A stretch of 64,000 nt of DNA from Haplodiscus bocki (Eukaryota): NCBI GenBank assembly GCA_965655095.1, contig OZ296650.1:44826001-44890000 (forward strand). The letters run 5' to 3'. Position 1 is the first letter of the stretch. Every line of letters starts with the position of its first letter. The position numbers and the translations under genes are program-made. The notes under the pieces were generated by a model that was not told the origin of the DNA, searched no databases, and saw nothing but the letters and a program-made list of their open reading frames with translations. Below, one piece after another: positions 1 through 15,106 of this stretch.

Positions 1-3000
1 CAAATATCCCAACAGGTCTCCATAAACATTGTGTTCAAACGAAGAATATAGTACGGTGCAATATCGGATACGGCCCACTAAGAGAACATCCATTCTTGAA
101 AACAGTTTCAATTATGAATATTTGTATAATCCAGTAGAAAGCACCGTCTTGAAAAGCTTGTCAATGTAGCTTAAGAGGCCAACAATTGCTAAGCAAACAC
201 ATCCCACATGGCCTAAAAACATCCTTTCGATCACCTATCGTTAATTTTCTTTGGTACCCAGATTGCGAAAGATATAGTTTAACACCCAACTATAGTAACA
301 TCTAGACTCCGTGTAACCGTTATTGTACTTGTGTCATTCTAGTTTTCTTGTTGTTGCTTCTCGAAACGACGTTAATCGTTAAAAATATTGTTTCACAGTG
401 TTTTGTTTAGAGGCTTTCTGAGCGATTGACTCTCGTCAAAAAGGAAAATAATCCAAATTCATGGGGGAAATGTCGTATGTTGCAACTTTAGGCTGTATTT
501 GTGGGAGTGTTTTTTCTGCTCTGTACGGAGAGTTGTTTTTAGCGTTGGCAACAAGATTGACCATTTAATGTGAACCTGAAAAACAAGTTAAAGACCAGAC
601 TGTGAAAAAATTACGAGTCCTGTTGTCAGACTTTGCATCAGAAATAATAAAACGTATCAAAAATTGAATCAAAAACTTCACAACGTGTCAGATTTTCGAC
701 AAAAATTTTTTTACAGTGTATAAGATTTTGGGTTTATGAAAGATTTTAAAAAGAGATTTTGAACAAGATTGTGAATCCAAGAGATTCACGTTTTGACTCA
801 TTTCACTATGTTCGAACATCAAAAACGCATTTTTCGTGCTTTTTTAAAATGCAAGAGTGCAACGATTTTCTTTTCAGAAATCGGACTGTGAATGGAAAAT
901 TATAAAACGTGACAGATGTAACGAAAACTTCTAAGTGTCTGATTTTGAATTAGAAACTTTACAGCGTCTCAGACTTTGAATCAAAATATGACATGTCAGC
1001 ATTTGAATCTACTTTTTTGAAAGTGCGTCAGGTTTTGAATGAAAAAATTACTTAGTTCAATGTTAAATTCTAACCCAAGTCCATCACATAAACGTTTCAC
1101 GCGTGTTCTTCCACAATACTTACAACGATTGTAGCCTACAATATCATCATGCGATATATAATAGCATTGACTATTCAAACGATAGTTCCTGTACTCATTT
1201 TCCCAAAAGTTTGACTTTTGATTCCACTGTGGTGTCCCACTTTCATGTAGGAGCTCGATATATGCGGGAACTTGCTGCTATTACTAGGATTAACGAAAGA
1301 GAAGCTAGACCTGTTTTTATTTCAAACATGTCTGGCGAGTTTTTTTCGGAACATTATGATGCAATTGTAACGTTTAAAACAGGTGTTTTTATATAATAAC
1401 ATACACGAGAAAATATTCCGGAAAACTCCCATAAAAGATACTGATACATTTTCATTTCTCCTCCCAAAGGGCAACTTCTAAGCAACGTGGGAGGCTCTGT
1501 CGCTCTTTTAGAGACTGGAGTTGTTGGAGAGATTTCTCCCAGTCTTCTTCCCGGTGATATACAATGCGGTTCTCTGCTGAACCCATCTGCAAGTCGTCAA
1601 AGGCTGTTCAGCAGCAGAGGGACAGCGGGCATATCCAACAGAGATTTTTCCCAGTTCAATTCTCTATCCTCCAAATTTCATACCTCAAAACCACTTGCAT
1701 CCATCTCCTGCGCCCAATAGCTTACAGTACTTTGTTCATCATCTCCATAGTTCCTTGCTTGTTGAGTTCTTGGTTATGAAATTGTATATGAAAAGTTATT
1801 GGAGTAAAAACCGATAAGAAATAATTGCAGTTGCAAAGCCGTCAAAACTACGAATTTCGGAAAAAAAAACAAAATTTTTTAATAATCTCATAAAAACAAT
1901 GAAAACACTTTGCACCTCACTGCTAAGAAGTGTTTGATCGATCAGACACCGGGTTATATTGCTACTTAGAAATTAGACGAATTTGGAAAAAGGTTGAGAA
2001 AATATATAGTAATTCGACCAGGACGAATTATTTTCGAAAAAAAACTTGACTTTCAACTTTTTCCCAACTGGAACCAGACCTTGATATATGATAGCTAGTT
2101 GTCTTTGTCCTGTCTAATAATTGAGATGACTTGACTGGAGATTATCTAGGTGTCGAGTTATCGAAATTCAACCAAGCTCTACCGTAATATCTCATTGCAA
2201 TCTCCTCCAGTTCCTAGAAATCGGAACAATATGCTCCAAATGAATCACATTATAATGTCGAAAAGTGGTTAGCTTTTCCCGGATCTACAAAAGAAGAGAA
2301 ATAAAAAAGCTAGCTATTGAAAAAATAATTTGGAAAGCGATCAAACTATCTTCTTCCCAGCCATTTTGAGCTATCAATTCCAAAATTGAAAGGCAAAACT
2401 GTTAGCCCAGATCGTTTTTGATTTTCTGAAGATTCCATTCCAGCACCCGGCTGAAAAAGAGACGATCAAAAATGGCAATATTGACAAAAAACTGGAGATT
2501 CGAACAAAGTCAAAGACCATTTGCCTTTCTCTGAATTTTTTCTCTCCAAAATGAAATTGAAACTAGTGTTTTATATGCTAGAGTATATAGTAGCTTTCTG
2601 AATGCAATTGGAAACCGAATGAGCGCACGATGAACAGAATCGAATGAACAGGTTCTGAGAAAAAGTCTGCAAATCGGCCGGAGTCAATAAATTTCAACTT
2701 TTGAACTCAACCTTGCAAAATCGAACAACGAATGCCAATGGGGTTTGTTCCACTAAAATGCTTTCAAGTACAGCTCGAGATAGGACCCAAAACACAAAAT
2801 CAAACCTTTCGAGGACAATTTTAATGAAAATTGAACAAAATTGAAAATTTCGTAATTTCTCGGAAAAGCAGCAACTGACTGCAAGTGAAGCCAGCTTGAA
2901 TGTGAGGCAGAAGGAAAATGCTTTTTGGCTAAATATTCGATCTTCTAAGTTAGCCCCCTCACGATTTAATTTCCCCACACCACAACGGATATGCGAAACA

Positions 3001-5718
3001 ATAAGTGGCGTGATGGTTTAAGCCACACGCGACTGAACTTGAGTCAATCAGAGAAGAATTCGCTTCCACGCGAGGGGCAGTTAAACCTTTATTTACTAGG
3101 CTGGGGGAAAACAGAAAAGATTCCAAAAATACAAAATGACAAGCACAAATCGAATATTCCATGTAGCCCCCCCCCAGCAACTGTACGTGGTTCTTTCCGG
3201 CTTTGCCACCTTACAATAATGCGATAAAGAATATGGGTTTAAAAAACAGGATTTTTGAATTTTTGTTGTTTTATAGTCAATACAAGCAAATTAATGAGGG
3301 TTTATTTGACTCAAAAACTTGATATTGTTTGCCTTAAAAGATTTATGATAACAAACCTGATCAAAAGGGCTTAAAAATCCAGCTAATAGTGATTTGTGAC
3401 CCCCAGAAAAAAACTGAATTACTCCGTGTAAACTGTAATTGTTGACAATTTTTATTTCTATCTTAATACATGTCAAAGCAAAGTTCTGGCTTCAAACAGT
3501 CGATTTTCTGTAAAACAACAGATTTAAATGAATTAAAAGGCACTTTGTGCACTTTAGAAGTTGAGGAAAATTGGGATTTTAAAAGAAACTTTTGCGGAAC
3601 TTTTTAAAATGTTTTGAAAAAGTCTAAAATGAAAAACTTATGGGTTCAGAAGTAAGCCTCCAGGAATCCCCAAATTCTATAAATTTGAGGTAATTTTTTT
3701 TCAAACAAAAACCATGGTAAGCTTATTAGAACTCGAAAATGTTTATGCTTAAACCTCCCAGCAATTTCCCAAGATTTTTAGTCGGCGCTTCTTCAAAAAC
3801 TGCCCGACTATTAAAATGTCTTTTTTTTTGCTAATTTTGAAGACCTCTGAAATCGACGAAGCTCTACAAAAATTCTACGCACCGAACCCAAACTGATTGG
3901 TACTCTAGAAGGACCCAGTGGTCTAGATCTTAGGACAAAAATAACCTCAAGCCATAGATACAAGTTCGAGACTAACTAATGCCTTTTTTACGGGAACAGG
4001 TCTGATTTTCGGCATGTTTCAATTTTTTGGTGTTTCCTGTATATTTAATATGGTTTAACCACCCAACGCTTTTTCTGGAACCCCCACCCCTTGGTTTAGA
4101 GGGTGGGACAAAAGATTTGTAAGCCATGGATAGGGCCTCAGACTCAGTAACTTCTCTTTTGAAGAAAAACGACCAATTTTAGTTTTCCAACACCTCGAAG
4201 TTTTATGATAAACCATGGATCGTCAAAGTTTATGGTACCCAAAAAGGGATCACCACGCATATTTTGACCCTTGCATGCGGCGTCGACTTTGGCTGTTCCC
4301 TGCTTGTAAGATTTTCAGCTGTCCTACCTCTTTTTCACAGCTCTATGCTCCATTTCTATATCACAGCGCTGTATTGCTTCGCTTGAAATTAAAACTTCGC
4401 TTCCATTTACAGTTTGTCTAACAAATATCATTTTGAGGCTAATACAGGTTTCAAAAACGGTCAAGATATGTCCCAAAGGTATCGAGTATTTTAGGTATCG
4501 ACCTTAAAAACAGATCAGAAACGGCATTATCTAAATGAAATGTTCAAGATGAAACCTACGTTCAAAATTACTCCACATCAATTGTTTTTGTCAATTTTTT
4601 TGGCAATTTTGACTATTTCTCAGAAATCAATCAAAACGGACAAAGCTTTCCTAAATAAAACTTCATATAAAAAGCTGTAAGAAAAACCACGATGAAATTC
4701 GTAGCAAAAATTTCCTTTGGGAAGGTTTTCTAGACAGAAGTGCGGTTGGGAGGAAAAAAACTGTGCTATCTTATTAACACTTCAACAAGAAGCTTTTGGC
4801 AGAAACTTATTCCTTCACGAAAGGGGTATCGAAAGAAGCTTTCCAAGCTCAAGCTTCTCGTTGCTTCAAAAACGTATCAAACAGGCACCCAAGGCTATTT
4901 TGATCTTTCCGAAGGCCGCAGAAGGTCCTGAATAGATTTTCAGAAAAAAGTTCACAAAGGAATAAAGAACGACATAATTCAGAAATTTGGCCTCATAGTC
5001 GATGCTTCTCGTTAATTTCAAAGAGGTACTAAACAGGTTTTATGTTTAAAAAATTGGTATTGACTCGAGAACGACAATAATTCGAGATATTCAGTCCGAA
5101 AATTTTGTGAAAGCTTGTTTTGAAAGAAGACGAAAGTAGGTTTTCTGATACTTTTCACAAGAATTGAAGTTTCGGAATTTTTATTCGGATATAAAAAAAG
5201 GAAAAACGAACTCTGACTTCCGGAAAGAAAATGCGAAACAGACCCATGAAAGCTTCGCAATCTCGAAACAATTGTCTTTGTAGTCATAGTTTTTGGTTAA
5301 CGTTGGAAATGATAGCAAAAAACGGCAAAAATGCTTTTGCATGCGACCGAGGAAACATTTTACTAGCAAGTTACCCCGCTAAAAACTTTACCTAATGTTT
5401 GAAAATGTTCAACTATTCCAAATGAATGGACTTTATTTAAAAAATAGCCTTAAGTATTCGAAGCTTGTACATAAATTCGGTTGAGTCAGAGTCTTCAGAG
5501 TATTCACTAATCATTCTATGAAGATGAGGAGCAGAAATAAAGAATACAGAAAGCAGTCAAACTCAGCAGAAACGTTGAACAAACATTACACTCACGACAG
5601 TCACCCTTCCTCTACTATTCAACTTATAGCGGAAGTTGCGAGCGGAGCATTATTAAAGACCGGTGATCCCCGACGACATAGAACTGAACATATTAGATGA
5701 GCAAAACTGATCTTGATG

Positions 5719-6420
5719 CTAATTTAATAAATGGTGTCTCATCTCTCCTCGTCCTTTTAGCGTAAATTTCTTATCTTCTCGTTGATTAGCGTCACTATGC
5801 AGCTCAGTACTTTCGATGTGGACGGAATAGCACCACTGGATCAAGAGAGAAACAGCGGAATGAAGCTCGTATTTTGGACGCCGATAACGCACTATTGATA
5901 TCTCAGTTTTTGAACTTCCCAAGTTTGACAAGATTCCTAGATGTTATGGGAACAAATTTTAGCCAGGGATTTGCTAAACGTCGATTCCCACAAGCCATTT
6001 GCACAGATATGCAAAGGCACATCCTCTTGTTTTTGTTGATTTTCCATTAAAGGTCTCGTCGGTTTGCAAAACTTGTAGAGATGGCCCGATTTGAAGGTCG
6101 TAGCATATTTTATCCATGAGATCGGCAAAAGTGTATCGAATTTCATTGTCTGTTATGCATGTATAGCCGCATGTACAGTGTAATGCATGTATAGTATCAA
6201 AGAGCAATTCTCTTTCTGAATTCTGATTTGGTCAAGCAATGTTACCTGGTTTTAATAGCATTGGAATTCAACCGCTCAATAATCGCTCTTCACGTATCGA
6301 ATCTAGTTTCTTTTTCATCTGGATAGTTTTCACTTTTCATGCTGGTGATGATTCCGGGTTGCTTAACTTCGTTCGGCGTTCAATGTCCGAAAAAATATTC
6401 ACTTGATCTTTCAGTAGTGG
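5719..6420 (-). pseudogene. Possible degenerate integrase remnant (Ginger/Gypsy-like)
   Basis: Broken frames give IHALH...G, ...KFCK..., PL...W..VGIDV, which resembles an HHCC region followed by the first DDE Asp. Heavily decayed. Confidence 0.3.
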
Positions 6421-7935
6421 GATATTGGATCCAAAATCTCTAATGGAGAGACTTATCCGAAATTTTCGAAATACGATTGATGGTTTTAAAAGTTCAGTGC
6501 AATTTATGTTGGACCCAAAAAAAACATAAAAATTGTGATAATTGATCCATTAGACCCCCGCCCACTGATGCTACAAATGTCATCTATGAGTGTCTACTGA
6601 ATATTGACATTTGAACCTCTCAAAAGTCCGAAAAGGCACTCAAACATGGGTAAACCGTGAGACAATATTTACTTAACAGGTCAATGATCTAAATATTTGG
6701 CGTAGCCTTATTAATCTGCATGCACTAGCGACCCACCAAGTTTCAGTCAAATCGGAGGCAATCATTTTTCCGTGCAATGGCTCAATTTCCGTTTATTTTT
6801 GAAAAAAAAATTGTGCTAAATTGATGAAATCCTATTCTCTCGTGTTTCACTTTATCGTTGCAGGCGCATCACTGAACCCCTCCAAAGATAGAATTAATTA
6901 TAAATTGATATTCAAAGATGAAAAAATTGAGTCCGTATTTCTGAAAATCCAGTAAATCCGACATCTTATGATTCACCAACCACATTTGGGACTATCATTT
7001 CTAAAAATACTGAAGGAGAACAATTCGAAAAACCAGTCCACTTAAGTCAATCCACAAATAATAACCTTTCCAAATGCCCCTAGTTAAAAGGAATTGAGTA
7101 GCTATTTTTAAAAAATCATCATGAAATTGACTGTAACGGATATCATCAACTTTTTCAAAGAAGTTTGGATCATCATTTCCAGAAAATGAAAAAAAAACTT
7201 CGCAAACTGATGCTCTTAACTTTAATCATTTCACATAAAATAGGCTTTTTTCGAATCTAGATGAAAAAATTGAGCGGATAGTCTTCATGATAAGCATTTT
7301 AAGCAGTGTAACACTTTTAGACCATGAGATCCCTACAATCAAAACTGAACATGGAAACAGCCCCGGTTAAACCAATCTCAATACAATGATTAGGCCCTAG
7401 ACAAGAAAATTGAGAGGGTAGTTTAAGAGTTAACCCTTATTGAAAATTAGACATCATACGTTTTTGACTAATAACTGGAGCTTCATCAGTAGGAATTGAA
7501 GCCAAAAATTGAAAAGTGCTGCAATTGATTCAATGCACATGTAATGAAAGGAGCCCTACATGAAAAAAATTGAGTGGGTAATTTGAGAAAAAGCGTTCTG
7601 AAAATCGATCAAAATTCATTTCAGCATTTCAGGAATTTTATGACGTTCTTGTATGCCTGAAAATTTTTATGCCTTCAAACTAAATTTTCACTACGATGAG
7701 ATTCGAGCTATCGTCTTCGGATCTCGATCCTTCTGTCCAAACCATTGCCTCAAATCGAACCAAATTTAGTTCGAAGTTGCCAATTGAAGTGATAAGTTTA
7801 ACAGTGCACCATTGATTTGAAGATTTTCATTCCGTAATATTTTACAACGAAAATTTTGCATAAATCGTGATAACCTCACTAGCAGCTGCAATTTTAGCCA
7901 AAGTTCTCGGTATTGCTACACTAAATTCGACATGC

Positions 7936-8090
7936 CTGGTCTGAAGTTTCTATTTCGAAGGACAAAACTCTTTCCCGGATTCCATTTTGAGAACGTGAAC
8001 CACAAGTTGCCAGAGACTCCTCATCTGTTGTTTCCCGACGCAGTATCTCCACTGAATGGCATACGGAACTTGCTGGAGACTTCAGATTTT
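7936..8090 (-). CDS. gwl: Putative Greatwall exon with possible GC donor
   Basis: Acceptor ttgtttgcag|AA (phase 1), frame ENLKSPASSVCHSVEILRRETTDEES...ETSDQ, then CAG|GCATGT (non-canonical GC donor) just before an in-frame stop. Confidence 0.4.
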
Positions 8091-9786
8091 CTGCAAACAA
8101 ATTTAGATCTCAGATACAATAATAGGCAAATATGTCTTTGCTAAAAACCTAGGAAACTTTCGCTCAAATTTAACTCCTTGAAACAGGGCGAAACTTCGGG
8201 AAAAATTGAGATTTCTTACAGATGAAAATAATTTAAAAGGTTTCGATTGATGTTTTGTAGTTTTTGCAATTATCGCAAAAAAAACTTTTCTTCAAAAAAT
8301 GAATCAACAACAAATATTTTGTTAATTGGATGAAAAGACAGAAGACTGTCGATTGAGACTTAACAAATTGAGTGAATTCTTCAAGAGAAAATCCATTTTA
8401 AAAAGTGACAATTCAAGCAATTTTTAGCTACATCGAAATGAGATTTCTCAAATAAAAAACAAAAACACAAAAATTGGCTTCACGTTAATCAATCTATATA
8501 AAGTACATTCGAAAGCTAGATGAAACAAATTCAATGAATAGTTCAAGAAAAACATTTTCACGATTGCCCAAAATGGTTAAAATTGCATAATCAATATTGT
8601 ATCAGAAATTTGTAGATTTTGCAACCAAAACCGCGGAAAACGACAACCGTGAGAGTTTGAGTATACACTTCATGCATCAAACTTTTTACGTGTCGTTGTA
8701 ATCTGAATGTTTGCACTTTTTTGGTGAAAAGATGATTGTGCCTTTATCTAAGGTTGTGAAATGAAAAATTACCAAGAAATCAACAATATCCAATCGAACA
8801 CGCATCAGTTTCAGTAGAAGTTCCTGTTTGTCAACAAGACGTCAACACAGTTTCAGAAGTTTCGACTGAATACATTCAAAAGAAGAGGCTAACAATAATC
8901 TTATATCAAATGACTACTTTGGAGGATGGGGAAGTAATTTAAAATGTGATCGCAGTCACGCGAGTCGTCGACTGGTTCCGATTCGAGCTCTTCCATGATT
9001 TTAACCGTTTTTGACTGAGAGAGCGGGTAATTTTTCCTGTAACTACATCTGTTTGGGGTACACGCTGTAACTCCACAACGGACCAGAGCTTTGCTTAATC
9101 ATTTGAAAAGCAAAGTTTGGGGATGTCAAGTTTGTTGCATACTTGAAATTATAATCATATGGCAGACCATGGAGAGAAAAAAAGTGGTCAGTTGTTTTGA
9201 TATCAGATGATGAATTGGGTTAGTTTGTGCAACATGTGGGTAGAATTGTTATTGTAGATTCCCATTAGTTTGACAATGTTGTGATTGCTGTTGCACAATA
9301 AGAATTTTCACAAATTTTCACTGTAATGAGAATAATTTTCATGGAAAAAAACTCAAATTTATCTATAGATAGTACGGTTTCGGAATGATTCTAATTCAAA
9401 ACGAATAACTGTGAGATAAACGATTTTATATACGACTGCGATAGGAAAAACTACAATATCATTCTGTTCAATTTCTTTTGATGGTGGAACAAAATAGTAC
9501 GAATATTTGAAGACGTTCAAATGTTTCGAACACAACACTGGATATCAGGTTAGTTTATTTCTTAACTTTTACAGACATGCGATAACTCGTTTCATGAACG
9601 AAAAAAATGTTTTGAAGAAAATTCATCATTGAATAAAGCACTTTTCTCAATTTAGAGCTCATTTCTTGACTGCATAGCCTTCAAAATTGGTTCAAAAACT
9701 CGCTCAAAGGCAACAAAAGACAAGGTTCTCAGACGTAGTAAAATGAAAAATCGTTCAAAAAGCAGTCAGTTTCAAAACATGCCAAC

Positions 9787-9963
9787 CCAGACTTGAATGA
9801 TGTTGACCTCCATTCTCATCTGTTGTGAAGTTGACTCCAAGTTGTGCTTCGGCGACGAAAACATCTGATGCAATAAAGGGGGCGGAATTATTTTCCTTGT
9901 TCTCTACAAAACCTTGACCATCTTCGTTCAAAGGATCTTCTTTTATCATGTTCTCATCCAAAT
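9787..9963 (-). CDS. gwl: Putative Greatwall exon (non-conserved middle region)
   Basis: Acceptor ggaacag|AT (phase 1), acidic frame LDENMIKEDPLNEDGQGFVENKEN...HHSSL, probable donor G|GTTGGC (phase 1). Confidence 0.5.
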
Positions 9964-12900
9964 CTGTTCCACAGGGACAATGCCGTATTTACTTGACAAT
10001 TTGTTTGAACAAGTCTATATTTGAATATATAGAATATTAATTTATCCTGAGAAAACTTTTCCAGACTAAAAACTCACACTTTCACTTCAAGCTGGGTATT
10101 TTTAATTGGCAAATGAGCAAAAACTTTAATACAAAACTCAAAACTAATCTAAACTTAGTCATGAAAGGGCGCAAAACTTTCAGGTTTTACAAATGAGCAA
10201 GATCAACCACACTGGAAAAAGCCTGCGCCGCCGCCGCCCATACGGCCCAAAATACCCTCATGGGAACCTTTTTGGTATCATAAAATTCGACGATCCAAGA
10301 GGTTATCACAAAATTTGGGGAGGGGATTGAAAAATTCTAGACGTTTTTTAGAAATAAGACTTATATATCTATGGTTTAGACCTACACTCTTAAGACACGG
10401 GCCGGAATAGCAGAAGAATCAGAGGGTGACAGAAACACAGAAAATGCCCAAAAATAAACGTTTTTCCCATTTTTGGGCTAGACTAGTCCTGAACCATCAT
10501 CTATGCTTCAAAAACGTTTTACTCTGCCCTCTAGACAAACAGGCCCGGTTAGCAGAAAAGTCGGTCGCCGGTAGAAACATGGAAAAAATTACACAAAACA
10601 CTCAAAAATTCAAACATACCGAAAAACCCGCAAATTGATAATTGATTGAAAAAATTTTGATGACCAAAACTTCTTTCGATTATTTGTTCAAGTGGCTTCT
10701 TTTATAACTTCTCAACTTTTAATTGATGAGATTTAGTTGCTATTTTTGCATCAGTTGTTGGTTCAAAAGTGGCCCTAGTTCTCACCAATTATGTTTTTTT
10801 TTTGTCAACATGGAAAACCCTTGGTAGAAAAAAACGATGGAAAACGCGTTTTCTATACGCCGCAACGAGCTCAAGTTTCTTCATTCCACATCGCGCATGA
10901 AGATAACATGCGTTGCGAATTACGGCAATTTTGGCACGACATATTTAAAGATTACTGAGGCGCAAATTACAGAGAAATCTACCGCTGATATTAGGACGAC
11001 CAAAATTTTTTCTCCGGAGAACGTCTATCTTTAGTGTTTTCACGTATATTTCTACAACCCCCACTCCGAATTTTATGATACTACCTTGTATAATTTGTGC
11101 CTCGCGGGCAGCGCCGCTCTGAATTTTTCGGTTTACTTTTTTCTCTTTGATGCTTTTTCGGACATTTTGCGACTTCGCCCACTTTGTATCAAAGGCCTTT
11201 TTTGCAAAGGAAGATTGCGTGGGTGTAGAGAGTGACCCTTTGGACCATCGTATTAGCGGCAAGATTGCAAATCTAAAAAATATTCCACGGTGATTAAACG
11301 TATTCCAGAGACTACCTTGGAATATTTTCAACCCTGATTTTCCATTATGCAGAAAGTTCCCCTTTTCGCAGAAGTCATTCAAATGGATATCCCAAAAAAT
11401 TTTTCAAGGTCTTTTCCCGCTCAGACGGCTGTTTATGATAGTTCACGTTGATTCCAGGTCTAAATAATTTTTGCGCAAAATCTACTCCAATACAGAAAAA
11501 AAAGAAACAGAAAGTTTGGTTGATATATTGCGCTACGAAAAGTTTGATTTTGACAGAAACTCCACGTCTTGCCGCCAAGTTCTTCGCAAAAGATATTCAG
11601 AAACTCCACAATTTGATCTGCAATTTTTTTCCGAGCAAGTTTAAATTTTTTCAAGGGGAATGTTTACGTTTTTCAAGAATTTGTTTTTTTAAATGTAAGA
11701 ATAACTAATTGATTGATAATCGATAATTTTCTTGCAGCAATTGATTGAAAGTTAAAACTCATTAATTGCACAGCCCTAGTAATAGTCGAGCTTGCCTCTA
11801 AAAAGCTACTCTAAAAATATAACATTTCTTGAGAAAACACGTAAGATCATGTTGAGAGTCCAAATTTATTTTCGGGTTTATGCACAAAAAGTGTGCGACA
11901 GTTCAAGTAGCCGGACAAACTGCCAAAAAACAGGAACTTTTGTCGAAATTCGGATCTCATACAAAAATTGATATCTTGGCCAAAATTTGAAATACCGGAT
12001 AAATTTCAGTTCTTCGGAGAATTTGTGAGCAAGTACTCAAAAACACCGACTAGAAGCGGAGACTTTTCCCGTAGAAAGTTAATTGGTACTGTCAGAGAGA
12101 ATTAACAAAATTTTCTGGATACTTGTGCAGAAAATGGATTTTTTCTGTGACTTATTCGCCAATTGCGCAAAAAGCGAGTTATCAGAGAAAGGAAAAAAAT
12201 CTAAGAATATCCAAAAGAAGGTCGAAACCTTAGTAATAGAAGATGAAGCTTTTGGCTAGCTTCGATAATTATAATAGAAGCCGCAATAAAAATACGCAAT
12301 TGAAATCTCTCTTGAAGTACTTATCATCTTCGAGCAAGGCTGATTTTTTAAGAATTTCCGACGTTTCCGAAAAACTTAATTTACTGTTTGAACTCAAAAA
12401 TTACAGGCGACTGACTTTCCAGAAGAAAGGAATGAAAATTCAGACTGCCGTAATTGTCAGAAAAGCTTGCAAAAATAGGCCCATTGAAAACTTTAACGTC
12501 AATGTAATCCCAAGCAAAATTTACAGCGGATAAAAACCAAAACCACAAAAATATAGCCGCGTTTTCTCCAAATTTTGAACCAAAAAGGAAGTGAAATGCC
12601 GAGTCTTTCCGATTAATCGTTTATAGTCAACGTAAGCGTTTGATTGAGGGCTCGATGAACACAATTGGATAGTAAACAGGAAAATACTATAGAAAATATT
12701 CCAAAACCTATTTTTTCTCTTAAAAGAGAAAATGAAATTCTTGAAAAGTTCCTTTGGATAGTTTTCATAGAAAATTAGAGTTTAATCGATGGACCGATAA
12801 AAGTCGGAGGGAGTGATGGGTCACTAGAAAACAATCTCCAATAATGACTTTGATCAACTTTCAATGTCCTTTTCAGGCGAACAAAACCAAAACGCAAAAA

Positions 12901-15106
12901 TATGTTCCACTAGATCATTGTCACAGGGTATGTTACATTACTAGAACTTAAACCTAAAAAAATTACCCAAAAAGTAGATCAAAATTTTAAAAAACAATAA
13001 TAAATTTAATACGAAAAGTAAAAGTAAATAGTAAAATATTTTTCTACGGTAAGCTTTTTCCTGCATTGCAAGAAAACCTCAAAATTTTGAAATTACTCTG
13101 AAAAACAAACATTTGAAAACGTGAAAAGCAAAAAAAATCGGCAATTAACAAAAATTAACAGCAAATTATCATTTTCCGCCCATATTTAAATATGGAAAGA
13201 AAATCATCTACTCAAAACGCTAAAATGAAACGTTTTCCACGTTTTTGCCAATTGATAATGTCCGACTTGACGCTAGTGTCAAGCTCTGAGTTTGAAAATT
13301 TTTATCACCAAATTATAGCAAATTTGCCGTAGAATGCGACTGAAATAGTAAGATTTCTCAATACGCTCGAAAGTTGGGTTTTTTCGAAAGAAAACTTGAA
13401 CTTTTACAAAATCGAAAAAAAAATTCTAGAATGCGTCTAAACTGATATTATTTCTGTAAAATATCTTTTCCACCATAATTGTGAAGTATTTAGGCGAACA
13501 ATCAGAAATTTTTTAGATTTGGTGAAATTATAATAAATGACGGAGAGTATTTTGACAAAAAAAACTTTCAACCTTTTACAAGGCATCTTTACCAAAATGG
13601 GAAGGCAAAAATATGCCAGGGGTAGCCGGCAGTCTCGTTCGAAAAGTGCCGGAAATAGTGAAAAATTTTTCATTTGGGGTCTACCCGAAGGCTTCTAGCA
13701 GTTTAACGTCGTCAAGTTGAATGAGTACAACTGAAGGGCTGCACAATGCATATGCTAGTATGCTGAAGTACGCCCTCACTAAACGAAGGGAGGCAGGAGT
13801 GTCCGCGACATAGTTGGTTTGGGAAAAAAGGTCAACATTGTACCTAAAGGATCTTTTGCCTTCGGCTTCCAAAATAGGAAAAGGATGTAGAGATAGAAAC
13901 TTTCGTGTTTTGGAAGGATGTAGAATCGACGTAATAGTGAGTCAAACTTTTGCTTTTGAAAGCGTGTGCCTAGATTAATTCCTAAAATGACACAGAAAAA
14001 AGTTCTTAAGGACCAATTTGAAACTCAGGCAAAAGCAATCGATATTTTTCGAAAAAGTCAGAACTAAAAGGATTTTAAAAATTGACACTTTCTTATCTGA
14101 GAACAATATTGTCTTCTCTTTTTCCAGTAAAAGTTCCAGTAAAATGATTCTCCGCCCCATATTTGAATTGGAAAAAAATCGTGCACTCAACACGTGCGTT
14201 TTTTTACATTTACTAGCCAATTGCATCAAATTGAGTTTATGAGATTGAAAAGTTTAAAAATTTTCAAAACCAAATTAAAGCAGATGCGAATGCAAATGAA
14301 ATAATAGGGTTGCCTAAAAATGTACGAAAATAGGGTTTTTTAGTCGAAAATTTAGACTTTTTAGTGAAAAAAAAACGAAATGTTTAAAAATTGGGGGAAA
14401 GCAGCAAATTTGATGTAGAATGTGGATAAAATTGTAATATTTCGTAAAAATGCCTTTTGGCGACCAAAACTTAGGTACCAAAAAAATTCCGAAATTTTTC
14501 AGAATCGAGAAAAAGCAGCAAATGTGATATAGAACGCAAATACGCTTTCTCCTAAAAATGCATTTTTAACAAAGTTAGAGGACGGAAAATATTCCGGTGG
14601 TGGCCGTGTCTTGTTCAAAATGCGAGTAGAGTCTGATCGTAATAAAAATCGAATTAGAACCATCGTCGCAATTGAACCAAGGGAATTTCTACCATAGCAG
14701 TCAAACATTACACGCTGAAGGCGACACCGATCGAAGTCTGCAACTTGCACATTCAGCATTTCATGGGTGCTTTCCGGAAAAGAGAAGTCAGCCCGAAACA
14801 CCCAATTCGTGTCTCAAAATAATCAAGAAAAATACGTTTTTTCCTACATAAATTTTTCGCAACTTTTCGACAAAAGTGAAAAAAGTGAAGGGAGTATCAG
14901 TAAAGTATTTCAAAGCTGTCCGGAAATTTGAAAGGCACATTAAAACTTGGGATTTACGGCGTCTCGGACTCGAATCCAAGGCTTCAAAACTATAATCTAA
15001 AAACAGTCTTGTTGGTTGCCTCCATAAAAAGTTCTAAATCTACAACGTCAGCACTCTACCTGACAACTTTTCACATTAATTTGACACACAAGTTCCAAGT
15101 ACATAC

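Noticed and set aside
1440-1780. GC-richer, coding-like stretch on the minus strand
   Set aside because: In-frame stops and no recognisable motif.
7050-7083. Minus-strand GAFGKV resembling a kinase Gly-rich loop
   Set aside because: It lies downstream of the kinase exon, is bounded by stops and sits in repetitive sequence; likely coincidence.
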